A stretch of DNA of 64,000 bases from an uncultured delta proteobacterium (GTDB taxonomy: Bacteria > Desulfobacterota > Syntrophia > Syntrophales > UBA2192). The notes below the pieces were generated by a model. That model made no database searches. It was not told the DNA's origin and was given only the letters and a program-made list of their open reading frames with translations. The position numbers and the translations under genes were made by a program. Below are positions 39,197 through 48,951 of this stretch, piece by piece. The DNA is taken from positions 96,001 through 160,000 of the forward strand of contig CAVPJD010000008.1 of assembly GCA_963705165.1 (NCBI GenBank), written 5' to 3'. The stretch's first letter is position 1; the number at the start of each line of letters is the position of its first letter.

Positions 39197-39589
39197 ATGC
39201 TGACGCGGTTGAGAACTCCCATCCTCGCCGTCATTGTCCTGTTTTATCTGACAAGCTTCCTGACCGCCCCCGCAACGGCGGGGATGGTGGGGGCCCTGGC
39301 GTCGAATCCCGACGCAGGGAAAATCAAAGGAGAGGATCTGATCCGGATCCAGCGGGCCCTCGAGACCGAGATCGTGAAGTCCGGGCTCGAGGCCTACGGG
39401 CTCACCGCAGAGGAAACCCGGGAGCGCCTGCAGGGCCTCTCCGATGAGCAGATCCACCTCATGGCCCAGGCATCGGACCGGGTGCTGGCCGGCGGAGACG
39501 GCGGCGGAGTCGTCGTGGCGGTCCTGGTCATCATTCTTCTCGTCCTGCTGATCCTCTACGTCCAGAACAAAAAGATCGTCGTTAAATAA
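39197..39589 (+). CDS. PA2779-like family protein
   Basis: Signal peptide; GL...E...RL..LSDEQ; AGGDGGG followed by a C-terminal TM. Confidence 0.8.
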   Translation: MLTRLRTPILAVIVLFYLTSFLTAPATAGMVGALASNPDAGKIKGEDLIRIQRALETEIVKSGLEAYGLTAEETRERLQGLSDEQIHLMAQASDRVLAGGDGGGVVVAVLVIILLVLLILYVQNKKIVVK

Positions 39590-39688
39590 CTCCCGCGACG
39601 GCCTTGAGGTTTGTTGCTTTTGGCTTGCGGCACCATGAGGCGCACACCGGGGAACAGCCGGTGAAAAATAAGCGAAGGAGGGAATCCA

Positions 39689-40138
39689 ATGAAGAAAGTG
39701 TTTGCGTGCATCATCGTTCTCATGCTGGTTGCGGGCATCGCCTGGGCGCAGGACCGGGGCAGCGCCGTGGAGGCCAAGGCCCTGCTGGACAAGGCCGTTG
39801 CCTATTACAAGGCCAACGGGCAGCCGAAGGCCTTCGCCGCCTTCAATGACTCCAAGGGCGCCTTCATCAGCAAGGACCTATACATTTTCGCCTTGGACAT
39901 GGACGGCAAGATCCTTGCCCACGGAGCCAATGCCGCCCTGATCGGCAGGGACATGATGGGGGCAAAGGATGCCGACGGGAAGCTGTTCATGAAGGAGATG
40001 GTCGGCGTGGCCAAGGATAAGGGAAAAGGCTCGATGGACTATAAGTGGGAAAACCCCAAGACCAAGGTGGTGGAGCAGAAATCGTCCTTTGTCGAGAAGG
40101 TCGACGGTGTGGTCCTGGGGTGCGGCTACTACAAATAG
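39689..40138 (+). CDS. Stand-alone periplasmic single-Cache domain protein
   Basis: DLYIF, AHG, KDADGK, YKWENP and GCGYY motifs; signal peptide. Confidence 0.9.
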   Translation: MKKVFACIIVLMLVAGIAWAQDRGSAVEAKALLDKAVAYYKANGQPKAFAAFNDSKGAFISKDLYIFALDMDGKILAHGANAALIGRDMMGAKDADGKLFMKEMVGVAKDKGKGSMDYKWENPKTKVVEQKSSFVEKVDGVVLGCGYYK

Positions 40139-40235
40139 TGCCCCGCCGATGATCGCGTGACGGGGGCATCCGTGTCGAAAGGCCGTCCTCATCAACAGGG
40201 GACGGCCTTTGTTTCTTCAGCAGCCCTTCGAGTTG

Positions 40236-40661
40236 CTATTTCATGACCGCTTTTTTCAGGGTCACCAGCGCCGCCTGATTGTCGCTCGTTGCCATGACCA
40301 GCCGGACGGGAGATTTTTCCGAACTCATGGTCCCGTAAATCTGCTTGATGTTGATGTCCTTGGCCGCCAGCAGGCTCGTCACGGATTTCAACGCCCCCGG
40401 CTTGTTTTCGAGCACCACGAGGATCTCCTCCCTCTCTTCGAGGTCGGAAAACCCCTTCTGTTTGAGCAAATCCGTTGCCCGGCGGGTGTCCTCAACGACC
40501 ATCATGATCCGGGCCTTGTCGGTCCCCGTCATTTCATAGCCTGCTACCGTCTCGATGTTGATTCCCCGATCCGCCAGGTAATCGGCTATCTTGTTCAGCA
40601 CACCGATCTCATGATTCACCGTCATGTAGATCTGTTTTACCAGCGCCGCTTTCTTCAACAT
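40236..40661 (-). CDS. Tandem ACT-domain protein
   Basis: N..G.L..IA..LA..GINIE and ENKPGAL...LA..DINI. Confidence 0.88.
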   Translation of the reverse strand: MLKKAALVKQIYMTVNHEIGVLNKIADYLADRGINIETVAGYEMTGTDKARIMMVVEDTRRATDLLKQKGFSDLEEREEILVVLENKPGALKSVTSLLAAKDINIKQIYGTMSSEKSPVRLVMATSDNQAALVTLKKAVMK

Positions 40662-40975
40662 GTCAGCACCTCCTTGGATAGGGGCGGACCGCACCCTCGT
40701 CATGGTGTTTCAGGATGTTTCAGACAAGCCGCTTCAGACCAAAGATAACGTCCCGGTTTGCAGCACAACACCGGATTTGGATGACGACAGGCCGCAAGAG
40801 GATCAACGCGGCATCGCTGGAAGCCCCACAAGAACGGGATAAAAGCCGCAGCAGGGTCGAAAGGGATCTATGAATTTGATATTTGAAATTCGGGCGGATG
40901 TCAACGGGTATCTCCACAGCGACCGGGTCCGCGCCTGCCCGCCTCGCACCCGACCCACCCTGCCCGGTCCACCAG

Positions 40976-40991
40976 GGGCACGCGTCTTGCA
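40976..40991 (+). promoter_or_regulatory. Sigma54 promoter
   Basis: GGGCACGCGTCTTGCA, 35 bp upstream of the ATG at 41027. Confidence 0.7.
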
Positions 40992-41026
40992 AGAAATTGC
41001 ATGAAGATGTTTGGGAGATGTGAGCC

Positions 41027-41353
41027 ATGAGATTTCTGGATACCTTCCGACCCAAAAAACCTCGCGGCGGCTTCAACAGCGCGGTGGCGAAAGAGTGCAG
41101 CCAGCCCTGGTCGGGCGGCGACGGCATCGACATGGAACGCGCCGTCGTCATCCATGCCCGCAGTTGGCGGAAGGGACTGCCTGCCGAGTACGCCTACATC
41201 TCGAGCCTGCACGGTCTGCGTAGCCGCGACTGGTTCATCGATTCGCAGGAAACCCGGCATGTCGGCGATCGCAGCTACGAGATCTGGATCATCAAGACCG
41301 GCGATGGCGCCAAGCTGAGATATTATTTCGACGTCACAAGCTTCCACGGCTAG
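41027..41353 (+). CDS. Hypothetical protein
   Basis: GGGAG RBS; GGDG...E.AVVI ... YYFDVTSFHG. Confidence 0.8.
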   Translation: MRFLDTFRPKKPRGGFNSAVAKECSQPWSGGDGIDMERAVVIHARSWRKGLPAEYAYISSLHGLRSRDWFIDSQETRHVGDRSYEIWIIKTGDGAKLRYYFDVTSFHG

Positions 41354-41583
41354 ACCGGGTTTTCCCCTGCCCGTCTCCGGGCAGCCCGGCCGTGCGGCGC
41401 TTCCCTCTTCCACTTCCGCACTAACGCACTCCCGCACTTCTTCATCTCTTCACTTCTTCCACTTCTTTCACTTCTTCACTGTCGACTGTCGGCTGTTGGC
41501 TGGCGGCTTTTCCCGGCCTCCCCAGTCCCTACACTCAGGCACTTTTTTGAACTGGCCGCCAGCCACTCATCACAAGTCATTGC

Positions 41584-42444
41584 TCAGCCAAGCGGCGCCA
41601 TGGTGCGCTTGATATTGACGGACCCCAGGGCATTGCTGAGCAACCCGTTCTTGTGGGCCTTCTTCGGGATATTCCCTCCCGGCCCGGTCCGCAGCCTCTC
41701 TGTGCGCACACGCCCCCCGTTATCGGTAAAGCGGATGACGATCTCGCTCTCCGGGTCATAGGAGAGGACCCCTTGCGAGATCTCGCGATCCGGCCACCCG
41801 CCGAAGGGGTTGCAGGTCATCGCCGTCAGCTTCGCCCGGCCGGGGCGGGCTTCATCGCTTTCGATCCCGATCACGACGCGGCCGTATTTCTTGAAACTCT
41901 CGAATGCCACGGCGCCCAGTTCATCCCAGTTCCGGAGCAGGTTCCTCACAGGCTCCGGGATCCCGATCGCCGCGAGCCGGGTGTGCGAATAAAAGACCGA
42001 CGTCATGGCTTCGATTTCGCCTTTGAGCCGCCTGATTTCGAAGGGCCATCTCAGAAAACAGTCGGCCCCGCAGCCCAGCGCCTCATCTCCGCGGCCGGGC
42101 TCGACAAAGGAATCGTCAATGGCGATGATCGGAACGTTCCAGGCCAACCGGAGAATGCGGATCATCCCCAGGGCCGACGCCGGCCCGATGACAGCCTTCC
42201 TCGTGGGGGCGCAGTCTATGCTCTTGAGAAGCAGGATGCAAAGATGGATGCGCTCGCTCCGGACGGTCGAGAAGATCTCCTGGGAAGTCGCGGCCTCATG
42301 AACATCGAGCCGCCAGGACTGTTCGGGAAAGATCTCCTCCAGGCACGCCCCGAACTCCTGCTCGATGGGGGTTGCGCCATGTCCGATGAGGACATTGACG
42401 GCCGGGCGAAGCAGTCTGTCCATGGGCGGAATGTTTTGAACCAT
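41584..42444 (-). CDS. Pseudo-receiver domain fused to an unknown C-terminal domain
   Basis: VPIIAI...ALGCGADCFLRWPF resembles a receiver C-half without the Asp pocket or Lys; start uncertain. Confidence 0.6.
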   Translation of the reverse strand: MVQNIPPMDRLLRPAVNVLIGHGATPIEQEFGACLEEIFPEQSWRLDVHEAATSQEIFSTVRSERIHLCILLLKSIDCAPTRKAVIGPASALGMIRILRLAWNVPIIAIDDSFVEPGRGDEALGCGADCFLRWPFEIRRLKGEIEAMTSVFYSHTRLAAIGIPEPVRNLLRNWDELGAVAFESFKKYGRVVIGIESDEARPGRAKLTAMTCNPFGGWPDREISQGVLSYDPESEIVIRFTDNGGRVRTERLRTGPGGNIPKKAHKNGLLSNALGSVNIKRTMAPLG

Positions 42445-42832
42445 CGTCTCTCGGCTCGCAGTGGGATGATGTTTATTCCATCGGCAGAGGGCAGGGATTT
42501 CTTGAAGACAAATGTCCGGGCCCGCCCCTTTCTATAGTATGAGTATTTACCTATTGTTTTACTCAATATCTACTAGTATTGCCTTTCCGCGGGAAATGGC
42601 GCATCCTGCCACCATAGAATTCCCCTGGAGTGCTCCTTCTCGCAACACCATCGTCTCAACCAGGGGAAGCGCATCGGCAGCGATGGCGCGCACGAGACGT
42701 AACCGGCGCCCGTCGCAGGCAGACACACCGAGGTGATCCGCAATGACGGTGCAAGGCAGGTTCGCAGGATATCCGGGTCGACCCCGGATGCGTGGGTGAT
42801 CAGGCGGGCTTTTCACGAAAGGAGGGCTTTTT

Positions 42833-44239
42833 ATGAAAAGGAAAACCGTAAAAAAAGTGGACGCAGGCGGAAGCGGCAAGGCCTCAAAGGGAAAACGGGG
42901 AAGCTCGGACGAACCCCGTGAATCCGCCTATTTGCTGCACAGCATCATCCAGGGCTTTTCCATTCCCGCCTTCGTCATCGGCAAGAACCACAAAATCCTC
43001 TACTGGAACCGGGCTCTCGAGCAGCTCAGCAAGATCCCGATGAGCAAGGTGGTCGGGACCAACCAGCAGTGGAGGGCCTTCTATGCCGAGGCCAGGCCCT
43101 GCATGGCGGACCTCCTGGTCGAAGGGGCGGCAGACAGGGTCCCGAAGTGGTACGAAGGCAAGTACAGCAAATCGGATCTCCTGGATGAAGCGTTCGAGGC
43201 CACCGATTTCTTCCCCGACCTGGGGGAAAAAGGGGTATGGCTGCGCTTTACGGCCGCGGCGATCCGGGATTCGCAGGGCGAGCTTATCGGCGCCATCGAA
43301 ACCCTGGAAGACATCACGGACCGCAAGAAGGCTGAATTGACGCAGCGCGAAAGCGAACAGCAGCTCTTCAGCATCATCGAGGGCTCACCCATCCCGACCT
43401 TCGTGATCGGGCTCGATCACAAGGTGATCTACTGGAACCGGGCCCTCGAAAAACTGAGCCGGCTTGCGGCCGAGGAGATAATCGGCACTAACCGGCACTG
43501 GCAGGCCTTCTACGCCACGGAGCGGCCCTGCCTGTCGGATCTGCTCGTCGATCAGACCCTGGAGACCATCCCGGAATGGTACGGCGGGGTGGCCAGATCG
43601 AAGCTGCTGGAGGACACCTACGAAGCGGAAGGATTCTTCCCTGACCTGGGCGAGGGCGGCCGCTGGCTGCGCTTCACCGTCTCCCCCATCCGAAGTTCGC
43701 GGGGGGCGCTCGTAGGCGCCATCGAGACCCTGGAAGACATCACGGAGCGCAAAGAGACGGAGCAGAAAGTCATCGAGAGTGAGAAGAGGCTCTACAGCAT
43801 CGTCCAGGGCTTCTCCATTCCCGCCTTCGTCATCGGCAAGGACCACAACATCATCTACTGGAACCGGGCCCTGGAGAAACTGACCAACCTGAAGGCCAAG
43901 GACATGGTCGGGACCAATCAGCAGTGGAGGGCCTTTTACGGGAAGGAGAGGCCCTGCATGGCCGACCTGCTCGTGGATCGCTCGGCGGACAAGGTTCCCA
44001 AGTGGTACTCGGGAAAATACCGCAAATCCGATCTCATCGAGGAGGCCTACGAGGCGACGGATTTCTTCCCCGACCTGGGGAAAAGCGGACGCTGGCTGCG
44101 GTTCACGGCCGCCGTCATCCGGGATTCACGAGGGGCGCTCGTCGGGGCCGTTGAAACCCTGGAAGACATCACGGAGCGCAAGCTGGCCGAGAATGCCCTG
44201 AAGAAAAGCACGGACCGCAAGAGCGGCAAGCCGTCCTAG
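42833..44239 (+). CDS. Protein of three tandem PAS/PAC repeats with no output domain
   Basis: Three copies of IP.FVIG..H.I.YWNRALE...RPC..DLLV...FFPDLG..G.WLRFT...ETLEDITERK. Confidence 0.92.
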   Translation: MKRKTVKKVDAGGSGKASKGKRGSSDEPRESAYLLHSIIQGFSIPAFVIGKNHKILYWNRALEQLSKIPMSKVVGTNQQWRAFYAEARPCMADLLVEGAADRVPKWYEGKYSKSDLLDEAFEATDFFPDLGEKGVWLRFTAAAIRDSQGELIGAIETLEDITDRKKAELTQRESEQQLFSIIEGSPIPTFVIGLDHKVIYWNRALEKLSRLAAEEIIGTNRHWQAFYATERPCLSDLLVDQTLETIPEWYGGVARSKLLEDTYEAEGFFPDLGEGGRWLRFTVSPIRSSRGALVGAIETLEDITERKETEQKVIESEKRLYSIVQGFSIPAFVIGKDHNIIYWNRALEKLTNLKAKDMVGTNQQWRAFYGKERPCMADLLVDRSADKVPKWYSGKYRKSDLIEEAYEATDFFPDLGKSGRWLRFTAAVIRDSRGALVGAVETLEDITERKLAENALKKSTDRKSGKPS

Positions 44240-44311
44240 CCGGCCCTGCCGCAGACCCGCAGATCCGTTGACCGGGTTCCCCACTATGGCTGAAAGGAAG
44301 GAGGTCAGGCC

Positions 44312-44827
44312 ATGAGACCGCATGCATCAAAACTCATCGAGATCATTGAACAGAATGCAAAGACTATCGCCCAGCAGTGGTATAAGAATGTAAAGATCAA
44401 TCCCAAGACGCCGGCTTATCACACGATGCCGGAAGACAAGGCCATCGAGCAGGCGCTGAGCTTCTACGACAGCTTCCGGAAGCTCTTCGCAACGGAAAAG
44501 CCCTTCGAGGATGCCTTCACCCTGTTTTCCAAGTACGCCGATGCCTGCTACAGGGACCGCATCCCCCTGCCCCAGGTCATCTACGCGCTCATTCTCATGA
44601 GGCGCCACATGTGGCTGTATGCCGAGTACCAAGCCGTATTCGAGACGGCCGTCGACCAGCGCCACGCCCTGGAAAGCCAGAGCCGCATGATTCTCATGTT
44701 CGACTACGCCGAGTTCGTGATCATCGACCGGTACAACGATCTGATCCGGAAGGAAGTCGAAGAGAAGTGCAAATCCTTGAAGATCAAAAGCCCCTTTCTC
44801 TCGCTGTTTGGGGGCGAGAAGTCTTAG
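44312..44827 (+). CDS. Hypothetical helical protein (RsbRD-N/HisK-N globin-like)
   Basis: IE.NA..IA.QW, IPL.QVIYALIL.RRH.W; AGGAGGT RBS. Confidence 0.7.
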   Translation: MRPHASKLIEIIEQNAKTIAQQWYKNVKINPKTPAYHTMPEDKAIEQALSFYDSFRKLFATEKPFEDAFTLFSKYADACYRDRIPLPQVIYALILMRRHMWLYAEYQAVFETAVDQRHALESQSRMILMFDYAEFVIIDRYNDLIRKEVEEKCKSLKIKSPFLSLFGGEKS

Positions 44828-45268
44828 TCGCGAGGGAAGCGTCGAAGCGCCCGACGGACATGCCATGAAAGGCCCCTTCGGCCGAGGATCGGCCGAAGGG
44901 GGGCGCCGTTCGGAGAACGGCCCCTTTCCGCACTGGCACAGAGACCCGAAGGCCACCCCCTCGAGGAGGACGGCCTTTTTCTTTTCTCCCCACCACACTT
45001 GTCACTTTGCCATTTTTGTCACTTTTTTAGTCACTGCCGCGAAGCGGCACGCCCCGTGACCTTTATGTCCTGTGCCCCGCCTGAAATGTCGGCTCGAGAA
45101 TCAGCCGGCAAATCTCATACTTGTCACTTCAATCCGCGTGGGTGCGAAAAAGAGGGGTCGGTTTCATGACGGGAAAGTCACAATCCGCCATGGGGCGGAA
45201 CCGGCCAAGCTTGCCATAACTCCCCAAAATGCGGAAGGTTATCTGCAACTTCCGACAAGAGCTGCCCC

Positions 45269-45284
45269 TGGCATTTATCTTGCT
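45269..45284 (+). promoter_or_regulatory. Sigma54 promoter with upstream GTCAC/GTGAC enhancer-like repeats (44999-45182)
   Basis: TGGCATTTATCTTGCT. Confidence 0.75.
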
Positions 45285-45515
45285 TTAATTAGTAACCTGT
45301 TCTTTGGTTGCCGCTCCTTCTGGATTTAGCCTCTTGCTCCGCAACCTTCCCTGTCAACTCTCTTGAATGACCCGAAAACCCCCGTATTCACGCCGATGAA
45401 TCAGAGTGGCCCATGGCAGAAAGCAGTCCTTACCGGCATCCATTCCTTCTTCCTCTATGAGATAAGCACAAAAGGGGATATCGACTGCGGCAAATGAACG
45501 AAAGGAGGTCAGCTC

Positions 45516-45692
45516 ATGGAAATCAAATCAATGACAGAACAGGAGAAAAGGACATTCGCAGAGATCTCAGTCGGGATTTACGGGGAAGAGCTGACCCTCA
45601 TCATGTTGCCGGAACTCAAGGAATACCTTAACGGTTCGACAAAAAGGGCTGCCTCTGCCGAGATGATCCATCACGATCAGGCAAAGACTTGA
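45516..45692 (+). CDS. Small hypothetical protein (58 aa)
   Basis: AAGGAGGT RBS; MEIKSMTEQEKRTFAEISVGIYGEELTLIMLPELKEYLNGSTKRAASAEMIHHDQAKT; terminator at 45772-45803. Confidence 0.7.
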   Translation: MEIKSMTEQEKRTFAEISVGIYGEELTLIMLPELKEYLNGSTKRAASAEMIHHDQAKT

Positions 45693-46026
45693 GCGAAATG
45701 GCTCCATAAAATCTTCCCGCCGACCGCACAGGGACCTTCCCGGTTTCGAATCATTCCACGACCGGACATAAAAAGGCCGTCCTCCATTGAAAGGACGGCC
45801 TTTCTTCACGGGTCGCTTCCGCCCTGCCTGCTTCTCATTGCTTCATCCACATAACGCATGACACGTCACACTTCTTTGCGAGTTACGTCTTCACCGTCGG
45901 CTGGCTGCTGTCGGCTGTATTCCATCGGCTCCAATGGCTGAATACTTGCATAATCAGTCCAAAAGCCATCGAGCGGCTGCGGCCGTAGACGGATTGGATC
46001 CCACATCAGGAGCTGAAGCATCGGAT

Positions 46027-46992
46027 ATGGACGTCAAATACATCAACCCCTTCCTGAACGGCACACTGGAGGTCTTGAAAAAGATGGCCTTTATGGATGC
46101 CATTCCGGGGAAACCCTATTTGAAAAAGGAAGAGGCGGCCTCCGGGGATGTCTCCGGCATCATCGGGATCACGGGCGACGCCGTCGGGTCCCTGGCGCTG
46201 AGCTTCTCCGAGAAATGCATCTGTAAGATCGTTTCCAATATGCTGGGCGAGGAACACCACGAGGTGACACGGGACATCATCGATGCCGTGGGCGAGTTGA
46301 CCAACATGGTTTCCGGAGCGTCGCGGACCCAGCTCGAGAAGATGGGAATGGCCGTCTATGCCGCCATCCCCACCGTTGTGCACGGCCAGGGCCACACGAT
46401 CACCCACATCCTGAAAAGTCCAAGCATATTGATCCCCTTTTCCACTGCGGCCGGCCCATTCTTTATCGATGTCTGCATCAAGACTACGGAGGCAGGCGAG
46501 AAATCTACCGCAGCCTATGGCGTTGTCGGTGCCCGGACCGCGCAGGCTCCAAGTCCCTCCCCCCCGTCAGAGACCCGGGCGCCTGCGCAGGCAAGCCCTG
46601 GGGCGGCCGATGTCAGGAGGCCGGCAGCCGGTGCGCCCTCCGCCCCCCGGATCGATATCCGCCCGGATACACAAGGGGGGATCGGGAAGCCCGTCAATTT
46701 TGCGGAAGCAAAGGCCGGGGCGGCCGGCAAGATGGAAATCCTCAGGGCCAGACTCAAGGAGATCAGTGCCACGCGGAACTCGATCCAGAACGAGCTGAAC
46801 ACGAAGCCCTTCATGGATGTGACGAAGCGGCAAAAGATGAAGAAGGAGGTTTCCTTCTATGACCAGAAGATCAAACAGCTCAAGCTCGACATCATGGGGC
46901 TCGAGATGGTCTCCAAGTTGTCCCTGGAAGATATCGAAAACCCGAAGATCCCGAAGAACTACCAGAACTATGACGACAAACGAAAAGACTGA
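46027..46992 (+). CDS. cheX: CheX phosphatase with long C-terminal extension
   Basis: MDVKYINPF, DVSGIIGITG and DAVGELTNMVSG motifs; Pro/Ala linker and coiled-coil tail. Confidence 0.88.
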   Translation: MDVKYINPFLNGTLEVLKKMAFMDAIPGKPYLKKEEAASGDVSGIIGITGDAVGSLALSFSEKCICKIVSNMLGEEHHEVTRDIIDAVGELTNMVSGASRTQLEKMGMAVYAAIPTVVHGQGHTITHILKSPSILIPFSTAAGPFFIDVCIKTTEAGEKSTAAYGVVGARTAQAPSPSPPSETRAPAQASPGAADVRRPAAGAPSAPRIDIRPDTQGGIGKPVNFAEAKAGAAGKMEILRARLKEISATRNSIQNELNTKPFMDVTKRQKMKKEVSFYDQKIKQLKLDIMGLEMVSKLSLEDIENPKIPKNYQNYDDKRKD

Positions 46993-47012
46993 TCGCCCAA
47001 GGGCCTTACCGT

Positions 47013-47429
47013 TCATTCATCGGCGGAATATTCTTTCCCCGCAGTTCTGAAATTCTCGGGGATCCGGCATATCCGGCGATTGCTGTTCGCGAACACGATC
47101 TCGTTTGTTCCTTCCGCGTGCAATTCCATCGTGTCCTCATTATAGAACTTGAATACAAGTTCTACGCTGGCGCCCCGCATATTCCGGATCTGCATGCACA
47201 CCAGAACTTTATCGTAGAGATAGAAGTCCTTCTTGTACTCGCACTGGGCGTTTTTCGTGATGAGCGCAAGCCCACTCTTGATCGAATCCACGCCGCCCTG
47301 CACGGCCTCTTTGAGCCAGAGATCCCGCGTGATCCCCTGAAGGGTAAAGAACTGGGCGAAATACATGTGCTGAAGAATGTTGGTGTCTCCAATCGTGACC
47401 GTCATGCGGTATTCATAGATCTTTCCCAT
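47013..47429 (-). CDS. Acyl-CoA thioesterase (4HBT/YbgC hot-dog fold)
   Basis: V..GDTN...HMYF pattern. Confidence 0.82.
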   Translation of the reverse strand: MGKIYEYRMTVTIGDTNILQHMYFAQFFTLQGITRDLWLKEAVQGGVDSIKSGLALITKNAQCEYKKDFYLYDKVLVCMQIRNMRGASVELVFKFYNEDTMELHAEGTNEIVFANSNRRICRIPENFRTAGKEYSADE

Positions 47430-47591
47430 CCGTGATCTCCTCAGTATTTCAAATGTCGCTCGTGATGATAAAGAGAGACATCAAAATATCGCAATCATGT
47501 CAATCCCGCAAGCCCCGCCGAGCAGCCCCGCACTGCTTGTTGCTTGCGGCTTCTTCCCTGGACCCTTGACCCTTCACCCTGAACCCTTTTC

Positions 47592-48551
47592 CTAGTTCCA
47601 GAAAACCTCCGAGTGCTTATACCCCGATTCGATCGGGCGCTGAGTCGACGGGTCGCGTACCGCCTTCCACCGTTGATTCTGCACACGAGGCCCCTCTGTT
47701 GACGTGATCGTGCCGGTGATGGAGTTCCCTTTGATCGTCCCGGAGAATTCCCGCGCTGTTTTCCGGCCGCTCACATCCTGCTCGATCCTGAATGTGATCC
47801 GGTCCCCGGTGAGCTTCGCATCCGCCAGGGTCAACGGATGGTCCCCCTGGGTGAGTGTGCCCCTGATCGCCTGATATCTCTGCTCCATCTCCAGCACGAA
47901 GTCAGCCTGACGGCTTCCGGGCGAATTCCACTTCCATCGCCCCGTCACATTGGCAGGGATCACCCAGAAATAGACACGCTGGGCCCCGATGCTTGCCGAA
48001 TTGTCCGGCTTCCAGTCCCCCATGTCAAAGGCATGGGAGACCAGGCGGCTCCCGGGCTTCATCTCGCTCAGGAACTTGCCGCGGAGCCTGATGTTCACAT
48101 CGGGAAACAGGTAGATGAGCATCACCGTGGCTTCCCGGATGTCGCTCGCGAAGAAATTCTGCTCGACGAACCGCACCCGGTCTTCCACGCTGGCGCCTTT
48201 CGCATTCGCCCGGCTCTCCTTGATGCGTTCCGGGTCAATGTCGATGCCCACCCCGCGGCATCCCGTTTTCTTCACCGCCGCGATGACCAGTCTGCCGTCC
48301 CCGCAGCCGAGATCGTAGACAACGTCGCTCGCCTTCACATCGGCGAGGCGCACCATCTCGTCCACGATCGCGTGGGGCGTCGACACATAGGGAACATCGG
48401 GAGAGGAACCCTTGGCAATCTGCAGGCCCTCCCACGAGACATAATAATTGTCCCGCTGGCGGAACCACCCGGTCTCGTCGCCCTGCGCCGGTTCGAACAG
48501 GGCGATGAGGATGAAGGAGGTGAAAACGACGGAAGCGAGCAGTTTCTTCAT
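47592..48551 (-). CDS. Class I SAM-dependent methyltransferase with signal-like N-terminus
   Basis: DVPYV.TP, YDLGCGDGR, GIDID and SHAFDMGDW motifs. Confidence 0.9.
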   Translation of the reverse strand: MKKLLASVVFTSFILIALFEPAQGDETGWFRQRDNYYVSWEGLQIAKGSSPDVPYVSTPHAIVDEMVRLADVKASDVVYDLGCGDGRLVIAAVKKTGCRGVGIDIDPERIKESRANAKGASVEDRVRFVEQNFFASDIREATVMLIYLFPDVNIRLRGKFLSEMKPGSRLVSHAFDMGDWKPDNSASIGAQRVYFWVIPANVTGRWKWNSPGSRQADFVLEMEQRYQAIRGTLTQGDHPLTLADAKLTGDRITFRIEQDVSGRKTAREFSGTIKGNSITGTITSTEGPRVQNQRWKAVRDPSTQRPIESGYKHSEVFWN

Positions 48552-48776
48552 GGCCCCTCCTTTTTCCGGTGCGCTCCCTTTGCCGGGATCTTCGGACTCA
48601 AGGGCAGATCCTGACTGTCTGGTATCAGAGAAACCGCCGAAAAACAAGATCCAGCCCCTGCCGCGTAGCGGCCATGACAGTTGATTCGTTGATCAGGTGA
48701 TTCGTTTATTGGTTTTAGACACGTTCTTTCCCGGCTGCCAGGCATCACGTTGGCCAGATCTTTCTCAAAATAATTC

Positions 48777-48910
48777 TTGACAATTGACTGACAGAGGTAT
48801 ATTTTCCAAAAATTACGTTATATTAATTGCTAGAGTTCCAGATAGTTCAGTATTTGGTTCGATGGCTCCCCCGTTTGATTGCAACCATCAAATGCGGGGA
48901 GTTTTCTTTT
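48777..48910 (+). promoter_or_regulatory. fusA promoter and leader with terminator-like hairpin
   Basis: TTGACA-17-TATTTT; CTCCCC...GGGGAG-TTTTCTTTT at 48866-48910. Confidence 0.55.
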
Positions 48911-48951
48911 CCGTAAGATAACAACAGCACTCTAACTGCAGGGAAGAACAC

